A stretch of 42,801 nt of DNA from Candidatus Binatia bacterium (GCA_036558765.1 DATBEY010000363.1:1-42801), one strand, 5' to 3'. Counted from the first letter of the stretch, positions 18,087 through 26,157 are shown. The notes: generated from the sequence alone by a model not told the origin. Translations and numbers: made by a program.

Positions 18087-19334
18087 ATGAACCTGTTTCG
18101 ATGTGCGCTTGTTAGTGCTTTGTTCTTTTGCATTGTTGGTTTAGACCCCGTTGCTTCGGCACAACCCAAAGTACAGATTCTTTCGCCCAAAAACGGCACG
18201 CAGATCACCCAGGATCAAAAATCAGTTTTGGTCAGCGGCAAGGTTGCGCGAGAGGCAGGGCGATCGGGAAATGTCGACATCTTTTTAGTGATCGACGTTT
18301 CAGGGAGCACTGCACTTTATTCCGGGGCGGACCTAGGCGATGCCGATCAACCTCCGGAAAGCACAGGTTTTCCGACGCCGCAAATCAGCATTGGCGGCTT
18401 CGGCCTCGGCGGACCGCCGATACGCAATCCCAGAAATTCCGTTCTTGCCGCAGAGGTTGCGGCTGCACGCCGCCTGCTGCTTCAACTCAATCACGAGACG
18501 ACACGGGTCGGCGTCTTGAGCTTCAGCGACCGCGCCAATTTACTCCAGCCGCTCACCCATGATTTCGAAATAGTTCGAAAAGTTTTGGCCGACGTGCTGC
18601 GCTCGGGTTCTTACGGCGGTACGAATATGGTCGAAGCGATACGGCTAGCCATCAGTGAGTTGATGGGATTCGGCACCAGCGAAAGGCGCACCGACGCCAT
18701 CAAAGTGCAATTCCTTCTCACCGATGGGTTTCCAACTCTGCCGATCGGTGAAAGCAAGAGAATGACACCGGAGGATGTCGCGCTGACGATCAACGCGGCA
18801 CGGTTGGCCGGCAAAGCGGGCATCAAGGTCCACGTCTTCGCTCTTGGGGAGGAAGCGCTCTCTTATCCGCGCGCCGCGATCGGTATTGCCAAAGAAAGCG
18901 GCGGCACTTATACGCCGGTGGTGCGGCCGGCGGATGCGCTGGCGGTGCTCGAAAACATCTCGGTGGTCGGTGTTGATTACGTGCAGGTCATCAACCAGAC
19001 GATCGGGCAGAAGGCGACACAATTACGGTTAGCGGCCGACGGGTTTTTTTCCTCGGCAGTGCCCGTGACCGAAGGAAAAAATCAAATCGATGTCTTGGCG
19101 CGGGCGAGTGACGGTGGCAATGCTCGTGAATCGATCACGATTTATTATCAGCCCGGCACACAAAAGTCCCTGGACTTGGAAGTCTTCCTAGAAAAGGAAA
19201 AGAATCTCCAACTCGAAGTAAACCGGCTCGGCAAAAGTCCGGCAGAAATTCAGCGGGAAGTCGAGCGCAATCGTGAAGATAGTCTGAGCAAGCCGCAGCA
19301 GCTGCCGCCACCGACGGAAGGACCGGCGCGATGA
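18087..19334 (+). CDS. Secreted von Willebrand factor type A (VWA) domain protein
   Basis: 415 aa. Signal peptide, and a complete MIDAS (DVSGS ... GGTNM ... LLTDG). C-terminal beta-sandwich-like region plus a charged coiled tail. Confidence 0.8.
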   Translation: MNLFRCALVSALFFCIVGLDPVASAQPKVQILSPKNGTQITQDQKSVLVSGKVAREAGRSGNVDIFLVIDVSGSTALYSGADLGDADQPPESTGFPTPQISIGGFGLGGPPIRNPRNSVLAAEVAAARRLLLQLNHETTRVGVLSFSDRANLLQPLTHDFEIVRKVLADVLRSGSYGGTNMVEAIRLAISELMGFGTSERRTDAIKVQFLLTDGFPTLPIGESKRMTPEDVALTINAARLAGKAGIKVHVFALGEEALSYPRAAIGIAKESGGTYTPVVRPADALAVLENISVVGVDYVQVINQTIGQKATQLRLAADGFFSSAVPVTEGKNQIDVLARASDGGNARESITIYYQPGTQKSLDLEVFLEKEKNLQLEVNRLGKSPAEIQREVERNREDSLSKPQQLPPPTEGPAR

Positions 19335-19364
19335 GACTGTGTTTGCGCCAGCTTTGCGCCTGAC

Positions 19365-19790
19365 CTAGCGGGGTTTTCTTTCCGCTTCAGCCGCGATGGC
19401 GATTTCAGAGGCGCCGGCGCGTTTGATCATCGACATTACCTTGACGGTGTCGCCCAGCAGCACATCTTTGTCGCCACGAAGAATCACGGTCTTGTCAGCG
19501 CGAGCGTTGAGCGCATCCTGAAGGACTTTTTCCAGATTCTCTTCCTTGACGATTTTCTGGTCGACATAAATTTCGTGTTTCGGGGTGATGGTCACCGTGG
19601 TGCCGCGCGATTCTGACTGAGTCGCAACGGCTTTCGGCAAGTTCACTTTCCCGCCGGACTCAATCATCGCCGAACTGGTGATCATGAAGATAATCAGCAG
19701 CACGAGGAAAATATCCGTCAATGGAGTGATATTTATCTCAGCGACGATATCGGAATTGTCTTCGTTTCCACCCATCGGGGTGATAGCCAT
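19365..19790 (-). CDS. exbD: Biopolymer transport protein ExbD/TolR
   Basis: 141 aa. INITPLTDIFLVLLIIFM TM motif with the conserved Asp, and a periplasmic domain. Confidence 0.9.
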   Translation of the reverse strand: MAITPMGGNEDNSDIVAEINITPLTDIFLVLLIIFMITSSAMIESGGKVNLPKAVATQSESRGTTVTITPKHEIYVDQKIVKEENLEKVLQDALNARADKTVILRGDKDVLLGDTVKVMSMIKRAGASEIAIAAEAERKPR

Positions 19791-19797
19791 GAAATCC

Positions 19798-20424
19798 TCA
19801 CGCGCTCATGAGCTGGACAATTTTAGCGGCTTGGATGCGGAACAGGCCCGTAAGCATTGAGATGCGGGTTTGGAAATAGTTATAAAAAATGACCGCGATG
19901 ATCGCGACGCCGAGACCTAATGCGGTCGCCACCAAAGCTTCGGAGATGCCGGCAGCGACGACGGCAAACCCGCCGGTTCCGGCGATCGCCATACTTTCGA
20001 AGGATTTAATAATTCCCACCACCGTGCCGAGCAGACCGATAAAGGGAGCGCTGCTTGCGACTGTGCCTAGGATCCACAGATTTTTCTTCAATTTCTGGGT
20101 TTCTTCGAAGAGCGCTTCGCTGACGATGCTGTTGGCGGCTTCCAGGCGCGTGCTGCTTTCCCGTTCCAGGATGTTCAAAAAAATTCTGGCGACGGGCCAA
20201 TTCGAGTTTTGTTTACAAATGGCAATCGCCAAATCGCGCTGCCCTTTTTTGACCGGTTCGAGAATGGATTCAGTGACTCGAAGCGTAATCGCACCGAGAT
20301 TTCTAAGCGACCAGAGACGCTCAAACACCACGGTCAAGCTGATGATCGACAGGAGAATCAACGGGTAGGTCGCTATGGCGCCTTTATGGATAATGTCGAT
20401 GAGATCGAGACCTTGCGGCTGCAT
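19798..20424 (-). CDS. exbB: MotA/TolQ/ExbB proton-channel protein
   Basis: 208 aa with three TM segments and the conserved APFIGLLGTVVGI motif. 7 nt upstream of exbD. Confidence 0.9.
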   Translation of the reverse strand: MQPQGLDLIDIIHKGAIATYPLILLSIISLTVVFERLWSLRNLGAITLRVTESILEPVKKGQRDLAIAICKQNSNWPVARIFLNILERESSTRLEAANSIVSEALFEETQKLKKNLWILGTVASSAPFIGLLGTVVGIIKSFESMAIAGTGGFAVVAAGISEALVATALGLGVAIIAVIFYNYFQTRISMLTGLFRIQAAKIVQLMSA

Positions 20425-20516
20425 TAAATTTCCTTCCGATGATCGGATGATGATTACCTTATACCAAAATTATTGCAATGAACCCGGGCGGATTCGGACT
20501 GTCTCTGCAGGGATGG

Positions 20517-21548
20517 CTAGCCGCGCACACCGATGGTGACGGTAAATTGCATGCGCAGAGGGGTGTTGGCCAGGTCTTTCAATGTCTCAGGGATCGGCGG
20601 GAATGGTGATGCGCGCTTCATCGCCTCGACCGCGCTGGCATTCAGTCTCGCGTCAGTGGACTCCAGCACTTCCGAGCGCATGAGTCTACCCGCTTTGTCG
20701 AGTGTGAATAAGATGGCGACTTTTTGCACGCCGTTGACACCGTCGGGATACTTCCACACGGACTCCACTCGTTTCTTGAGCTGGCTAAGATATTGGTTGT
20801 AATCAGCGCTCGATAAGCCCCTCAGTCCGGTCGTGCTGCCGCCGCCACTGCCGGTTCCCGTACCCCCGCCGGTTACGCCTGTGCCGGTAGTACTGCCGCC
20901 GGGGACGCCATACGGGCCTAATCCCGTTCCTGTTCCTTTGAGAGCGCCGGGGATCTGCGTGCCCTCCTTGAGCGCCTTGATGCCGGGACCTTCTCCCGCG
21001 CCTTTTAGTGCTGCCAGGGATTGCTGCTGACGGAGATCCAGATCAGCAGTATTGCTGGGAAGATTTGTCGGACTGTCCTTGGTAGGCAAGCGCACCAATG
21101 AGTCCGGTGACGTTTCCTTTGTATTTACCGATTCGGCGCGCGAATCTGAAGCCAAGATCTTTGGCGCAGGCAAAGGCGCTGGCGTCGGAGGCGGCGCGGT
21201 TTCAGCGGGAGTACTGCTTGGAACCGAAGTTTCAATCGAGCCTTTATCCAATCTGCCGGTCCGCTGCGCGGGCGCTGTCGGAGTTCCCAGTTTTGGCATC
21301 GTGCGCGGCCCGCCGGGACCACTGCCTGGACCGATACTCTTGTTCCGGGATGTCCCTTCTCTTGGTTCCAGTAGCTGCACAGAAATCGGCGTTTGCTCAG
21401 GTTGTGCTATCGGCAACATCGCCGCGCGCAAGGCGAGCAATGCAAGCATCGAGTGAAACAACACCGAGGGGATGAGAAAAGGACTGCGGAATAGCGAGAG
21501 GACGCTAAAGTCTTCCCAATCAGCGGTGATCTGCTGCATTTTCGTCAC
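20517..21548 (-). CDS. TonB/TolA-family energy-transducer protein (C-terminal TonB domain)
   Basis: 343 aa. Layout is an N-terminal TM, a Pro-rich segment (PAETAPPPTPAPLPAPK), a Gly/Thr-rich segment, then a C-terminal TonB_C-like domain (VWKYPDG..VAILFTLDKAGRL..ASPFPPIP). Confidence 0.8.
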   Translation of the reverse strand: MTKMQQITADWEDFSVLSLFRSPFLIPSVLFHSMLALLALRAAMLPIAQPEQTPISVQLLEPREGTSRNKSIGPGSGPGGPRTMPKLGTPTAPAQRTGRLDKGSIETSVPSSTPAETAPPPTPAPLPAPKILASDSRAESVNTKETSPDSLVRLPTKDSPTNLPSNTADLDLRQQQSLAALKGAGEGPGIKALKEGTQIPGALKGTGTGLGPYGVPGGSTTGTGVTGGGTGTGSGGGSTTGLRGLSSADYNQYLSQLKKRVESVWKYPDGVNGVQKVAILFTLDKAGRLMRSEVLESTDARLNASAVEAMKRASPFPPIPETLKDLANTPLRMQFTVTIGVRG

Positions 21549-22689
21549 CGGGAAGAGAAATTTTCGTCAATTCGGTCATCGCTGCGGGGAGCTCTTCTTT
21601 CTTTGAGAGTATTTCGAGCCCGACGGCACTGACATCGCGCCGAACGAGGCGACCATTTTCATAATACGTCCATAAGTCCGCGACGCCGTCACCGTTGAGA
21701 TCGCGCTCTTCTTTGAGAACGACCTCGCCATCTTTGCTGGCGTCATAATAAGTCCACAGATCAGGCCGGCCAGCGCCGCGCGTGTCTTTCTCGAGCTTGG
21801 CGAGTCGGCCATTCTGATAAATGGCGCGATAAGTGATACTTCCCAAGCCGGCCTCGTCACGCTCTTCGCGAATAATTTTGTCGTTATCGTAGAAATATAC
21901 TGTATCGGGTCTGCCGAGTTGCTTAGTATCGACCTCACGGCGAACCATTTTGCCTTCTTTGAAGTAGCTCCAGGTATCGACACGGCCGTCGCCTTTTGTT
22001 GACTCTTCTTGACGAATAATTTCACCCGGCTTTTGTGGATTATAATAAATCCACAAATCTGCGACGCCATCGCCGTTCAAGTCGCGCACTTCAACGTTTT
22101 TAAATGGACTCGGCGGTGTTTGGGCGACGGCCGGTTTGCCCAGGGACGCGATGCTAGTGGTCTCGCCGGGGAGTTGCTTGGTGGATGATGGTTGTGCGGA
22201 GTCTCGTGGCTGAGCCGTAGGGTTTGAAACCGGTTGCACGGGCGGCTCGGTTTTGGCGCTGCTATCACCGGCTTGGGCAATTTGATTTTCCAAGCCGCGC
22301 TGCCGTGCCAATTCTTGGTCGATGGCGGCTTCTAGCTGCTGATCTTTTTTCTGCTCTGTAGAGATCTGATTGTTAATCTGACCGTAATAGGAGTCCGCCG
22401 TGACCAACCCGGTGATCAGACCAATGATCAAGCCGCCGCCCGCTCCATAGGGTCCGGCGAGGGACCCGCCCATCGCGATGCCTTCCATCGCCTTATTCCA
22501 GGCGTGCTGCCAGCGCTGCGAGCCGGTAATGTCAGGATTTTGAGGCGCGGACGCAGAGGTATTCACGGGATTGCCAGGATTGGTAGGATTTTGCCCGGGG
22601 GACACAGGCGGAGGCTGCGTCGCCATGGGATCGCACGCGTAGAGCACGACAATGTGCAGTAGCAGCAAGAGGCTGAATCGCGCTCTCAT
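21520..22689 (-). CDS. Putative lipoprotein: glycine-zipper + coiled coil + DxNGDG/WxYY repeat domain
   Basis: 389 aa. Signal peptide with a possible lipobox LYAC and a Pro/Asn-rich linker. Glycine zipper GGSLAGPYGAGGGLIIGLITGL, then coiled coil (QISTEQKKDQQLEAAIDQELARQRGLENQIAQ). C-terminal part has about 6-7 repeats such as RDLNGDGVADLWTYYENGRLVRRD. The 3' end overlaps the tonB-like start by 29 nt. Confidence 0.65.
   Translation of the reverse strand: MRARFSLLLLLHIVVLYACDPMATQPPPVSPGQNPTNPGNPVNTSASAPQNPDITGSQRWQHAWNKAMEGIAMGGSLAGPYGAGGGLIIGLITGLVTADSYYGQINNQISTEQKKDQQLEAAIDQELARQRGLENQIAQAGDSSAKTEPPVQPVSNPTAQPRDSAQPSSTKQLPGETTSIASLGKPAVAQTPPSPFKNVEVRDLNGDGVADLWIYYNPQKPGEIIRQEESTKGDGRVDTWSYFKEGKMVRREVDTKQLGRPDTVYFYDNDKIIREERDEAGLGSITYRAIYQNGRLAKLEKDTRGAGRPDLWTYYDASKDGEVVLKEERDLNGDGVADLWTYYENGRLVRRDVSAVGLEILSKKEELPAAMTELTKISLPGDENAADHR
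21628..22104 (-). repeat. Protein-level tandem repeats (about 24 aa) within the 389-aa lipoprotein
   Basis: By eye, residues about 196-354 show a recurring D-x-x-G-D/x-G-x-x-D-x-W-x-Y-Y/F-x-x-G-x-h-x-R-x-E unit. Confidence 0.6.
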
Positions 22690-22712
22690 AGATAAACCTT
22701 GAAACGCGGATC

Positions 22713-23930
22713 TTACTTTATTTGCCGGTCCAAAACCAATCCGGAAACAGCGTTGCTCGCGGGGCTCTGTATCGCCGTTGTGGCATCGAGAGCGCTTTTG
22801 AGCTCTTCCTCGATAGTCCTAAATGGCTTGGAAACCCTTGGCGGCTCGAGATTATCCAAAGTCTCTTGACCAACGATCTGGCCGCCTTTGAAAATGTAGC
22901 GAGCGGTAATTTTTCCCTGATAATTCTGATCTTCGAGCTGTTCAATTCGCTCGCCGTTTTGAAAATTTACCCAGACATCGACACGACGATCACCATTGGT
23001 ATCCGCCTCTTGGGCAACCAACTGCCCTTTATCGTAAATGGTTCTAAAATCAAGGACGCCCGTGCTCTTCGTATCACGCTCTTCGCGCACGAGTTGATTA
23101 TCCTCAAAGTAGTAAACTGTATCCCATTTGCCGGTGCCTTTTGTGTCGCGCAGCCGCTTGGTCACGCGGCCAACGGAAAAGAATTCAATCATATCCATAC
23201 GGCCGCGGTGCGCGGTATCCTCCTCTCGGCGGATGACCTCGTCGCCCCGGAAGTAAACGACTCGGCTAACTTTGCCGTCGCCTTGGAGATCCTCCTCCTG
23301 TTTGATCAAGCGACCATCCTGGTAATAGCCCCAAAGGTCGATTTTGCCGGTATGTTTGCGATCGACCTCTTTACGCACCAATTGGCCGTTCTCAAAGTAA
23401 GAGAAAGTATCGGGCTTGCCGTCTCCATTGCTGCTTTCTTCAATCCGGACAACCTTGCCATCCTTGTAAAAAACCTGCCGCTGTCCAGTACTCGCGGTAT
23501 TCCCCGACTCCTCGCTCCGCACCGGTTGCCCATTCTCGTAATATACCCACAAAGTCGGCTGGCCCGAATGGTTTGTATCTTGACCTTTCCGCTCAACTTC
23601 GCCTTTGCCGTTTAGGTAGAGCCAAGTGTCGATCTGCCCGTCATTTTTACTGGCGATTTCTTGACGCACCGGTTTTCCCGCTTCGTAGTAGGTGATCGTA
23701 TCGGATTTGCCGTCAAAATTGACGTCTTGTTCGAGCCGCTGGATTTGTCCATTGGAATCATAATAGATCCAGCGGTCCATTTTGCCATCGCCATTGGTAT
23801 CCTGCTCTTGACGCGTCACGCTGCCACGTTCGTCGTAGTAAAAACTTGCGATCGGCTGCTGCGAATAGCCGGGCGCCGCTGCCGCGAGCAGCAGCAGCGT
23901 GGTCAAGCAGCAAATACCGGATTGGGTCAT
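22713..23930 (-). CDS. Secreted tandem-repeat protein (about 14 x 24-aa DxNGDG / WxYYxNG repeats)
   Basis: 405 aa. Signal peptide CCLTTLLLLAAAAPGYSQQ. Almost the whole mature protein is repeats such as DTNGDGKMDRWIYYDSNGQIQRLEQ and SNGDGKPDTFSYFENGQLVRKEV. Confidence 0.7.
   Translation of the reverse strand: MTQSGICCLTTLLLLAAAAPGYSQQPIASFYYDERGSVTRQEQDTNGDGKMDRWIYYDSNGQIQRLEQDVNFDGKSDTITYYEAGKPVRQEIASKNDGQIDTWLYLNGKGEVERKGQDTNHSGQPTLWVYYENGQPVRSEESGNTASTGQRQVFYKDGKVVRIEESSNGDGKPDTFSYFENGQLVRKEVDRKHTGKIDLWGYYQDGRLIKQEEDLQGDGKVSRVVYFRGDEVIRREEDTAHRGRMDMIEFFSVGRVTKRLRDTKGTGKWDTVYYFEDNQLVREERDTKSTGVLDFRTIYDKGQLVAQEADTNGDRRVDVWVNFQNGERIEQLEDQNYQGKITARYIFKGGQIVGQETLDNLEPPRVSKPFRTIEEELKSALDATTAIQSPASNAVSGLVLDRQIK
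22836..23846 (-). repeat. Protein-level tandem repeats (about 14 units of about 24 aa)
   Basis: Repeat boundaries were drawn by eye from the translation, residues about 29-365. Confidence 0.6.
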
Positions 23931-23965
23931 CGCTCATCCTGGAAAGCAGAGCGCGTGATCCGAGC

Positions 23966-24169
23966 TTACGAGTTCGACTTATTTTTGGAGTCGTGCAGAG
24001 CTTGTGGATTATCGGCCGGAGTAGTCTCGCTATCATTGATCGCCTTCTTAAATCCGCGGATGGCTTCGCCGAGCGATTTGCCGAGCTCAGGAAGTTTGCT
24101 CGGGCCGAAGACCACGAGGGCCACGATAAAGATTACGATCAATTCTGGGGCGCCAAGACTGCCGAACAT
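23966..24169 (-). CDS. tatA: Twin-arginine translocase subunit TatA/E
   Basis: 67 aa. MFGSLGAPELIVIFIVALVVFGPSKLPELGKSLG is the canonical TatA TM plus amphipathic helix. SD GGAGGTG lies upstream. Confidence 0.92.
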   Translation of the reverse strand: MFGSLGAPELIVIFIVALVVFGPSKLPELGKSLGEAIRGFKKAINDSETTPADNPQALHDSKNKSNS

Positions 24170-24193
24170 ACGTCACCTCCGGCGGCAAAAATC

Positions 24194-24222
24194 ACGCTAC
24201 GATACAGGGTAAGGCTTGTCAA
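24194..24222 (-). promoter_or_regulatory. Sigma70-like promoter for tatA
   Basis: On the minus strand: TTGACA (24217-24222), a 17-nt spacer, then TAGCGT (24194-24199). This is about 25 nt upstream of the tatA ATG. Confidence 0.4.
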
Positions 24223-24340
24223 TCTAGGCAGACCCTATCCCCGAGCGGCGGCTTACACCCACTGAGTCAGCGGGGAAGTGCTTGCCTTGCAAATCGACAA
24301 TTCTCAGGTAAACCTGCTCGTTAACCTGTGAGCTTGTCCA

Positions 24341-26089
24341 TTGTCGCGCGCCGAAACGATCGACGATTTCCCTGACACCCGCTCCCCGGGCGACCTTCTA
24401 CATGACTGGCTGCCATGGCTTCTGACCGCGGCAGTTACTTTTGTTCTGCTCAATCAATTGGGGAGCGCAGCGCTTTTCGAGCCCGACGAAGGTCGCAACT
24501 CCGAAAAGGCTCGGGAAATTCTCGTGCTGAACGATTGGGTTACGCCACACGAGAATTTTTACCCGGTTCTGGACAAACCCATTTTTTTTTATTGGCTGAT
24601 TGCGGTTTTCTATAAGCTCCTCGGCGTGTCGGAATGGACGGCTCGCCTGCCTTCGTTCTTGGCTGCCCTCGGTTGCCTCGTGTTGGTCTATCGTTTTGCT
24701 CAGTCTCATTGGGGACGTTGGGTGGCGTTGTGGAGTGCGCTGATTCTCGTGACAAGCGTTGAGTTCTTTATTCTAGGGCGGATCGTGATCTTCGATATGC
24801 CGCTTACTTTTTTTGAAACCATCGCGCTCTTGGCATTCTACGAAGCCCAGCGTAGCGAGAATCGTCGTCGGCGCGCGGCTCTTTGTCTGGCCATGTATCT
24901 CGCTCTCGCCGTGGGAACTCTCATCAAAGGCTTGGTCGGGCTCGTCATTCCTGGGATGGTGTTCTTCCTTTTTATTTTGCTGCGGCGACGGTGGCACGTT
25001 TTACGGCGAATGTATCTGGTTCCCGGGGTTGGTATTTTTATTGCCGTCGTTCTCCCGTGGTATCTTCAGGCCGAAGCGCGAAACCCTGGATACCTCCATT
25101 ATTATCTATGGGCAGAGCATTTCGGTCGATATACCAGTGCGACCTTCGATCGTTCGGAGCCATGGTACTATTTCATTGTCGTTGCCCTGATTGGTTTCTT
25201 TCCATGGACGGTTTTGCTGCCTTGGATGATCAAAAATCTTTGGCGCAGAAGTTGGAATGACAAAACATGGTACCTCGTGATTTGGGTATGCGTGCCGCTG
25301 TTGTTTTTTTCCGCTGGCAATTCAAAGTTGCCGCATTACATCCTACCGATCTTTCCTGCCGGTGCCATACTGGCGGGCGCAACAGTAGTTAGCTTGTGTG
25401 AAAAATCTGCGGCCAAATTGCGACTAGCCCTATCTCTAATCTGGGTAGTGCAGACCGTGAATGGTCTGTATTTGTTGCTTGGATCGTTTTATCCGAGGAT
25501 CTTGACGCATCAACTTCGCGATCGGTTTATCGGCATGGCGGATCTGCTTTGGGTTTATGCGATAGGTTCACTGCTGATCCTGAGTTATATGGCGACGAGA
25601 AGTATTCACGATGCGCGGGTGCGCCCAAGCCTCATTTACCTTGCGCAGCTTGTCGGCTTGGGCATCTTCCTTGTGTTCCTTACGCAGATGATGGTCGCAT
25701 TATCGCCGGATCGATCCGCTAAAACGACTGCCATGGCAGCATTGGCTCAGCTGCGGACGGGAGCGCAAGTCGTATTTTTCGAAACGTATATGTCAGGAAT
25801 GCCTTTTTACCTCCACAGCGAGCGACCGATTTGGCTGATTACGCACGATGAAAAAAAGCGCACATTTCTCGGAAACTACTATGTCATCGGCAAACGGCAG
25901 GATTCGTTGACGCTACGGGGAAAAGCGATTTTCAATATGGACGATTTTCGTGAGCAATGGAAGACTCGAAAACAGCCGCTGCTGGTCATCGTCAAGGAAA
26001 AAAACTTTAACCGGCTGGTCGAGACCGTTGGCGAAGCACTGAGCCCCGTGGCGGCGATTGACGAATACTTCTTGGTGGCAAAACGCTGA
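24341..26089 (+). CDS. GT-C fold glycosyltransferase, family 39 / ArnT-like (polyprenyl-phosphate-sugar dependent)
   Basis: 582 aa with more than 10 TM segments. The first periplasmic loop motif LFEPDEGRNSEKAREI resembles the DE..Y.E.AREM motif of ArnT/PMT enzymes. TTG start as in the ORF track. Confidence 0.8.
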   Translation: MSRAETIDDFPDTRSPGDLLHDWLPWLLTAAVTFVLLNQLGSAALFEPDEGRNSEKAREILVLNDWVTPHENFYPVLDKPIFFYWLIAVFYKLLGVSEWTARLPSFLAALGCLVLVYRFAQSHWGRWVALWSALILVTSVEFFILGRIVIFDMPLTFFETIALLAFYEAQRSENRRRRAALCLAMYLALAVGTLIKGLVGLVIPGMVFFLFILLRRRWHVLRRMYLVPGVGIFIAVVLPWYLQAEARNPGYLHYYLWAEHFGRYTSATFDRSEPWYYFIVVALIGFFPWTVLLPWMIKNLWRRSWNDKTWYLVIWVCVPLLFFSAGNSKLPHYILPIFPAGAILAGATVVSLCEKSAAKLRLALSLIWVVQTVNGLYLLLGSFYPRILTHQLRDRFIGMADLLWVYAIGSLLILSYMATRSIHDARVRPSLIYLAQLVGLGIFLVFLTQMMVALSPDRSAKTTAMAALAQLRTGAQVVFFETYMSGMPFYLHSERPIWLITHDEKKRTFLGNYYVIGKRQDSLTLRGKAIFNMDDFREQWKTRKQPLLVIVKEKNFNRLVETVGEALSPVAAIDEYFLVAKR

Positions 26090-26157
26090 GGGCGAGAATT
26101 CTTTGTTCTGTACGGCTCAACAAAGGATGATGGTGGGGGTTCTAAAACGAGGCAGGC

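Noticed and set aside
17981-18208. ORF-track 5' extension of the coiled-coil protein (start at 18208)
   Set aside because: It would overlap the divergent VWA gene start (18087) and bury the obvious signal peptide that begins at the ATG at 17980.
22722-23615. 297-aa plus-strand ORF
   Set aside because: It is antisense to the repeat-protein gene. Only the minus frame gives a signal peptide and a regular 24-residue repeat.
26101-26124. 7-bp hairpin CTTTGTT...AACAAAG after the GT39 gene as a terminator
   Set aside because: No T-tract follows it, the loop is 11 nt, and uppP starts 34 nt later. This looks more like read-through or chance than a terminator.
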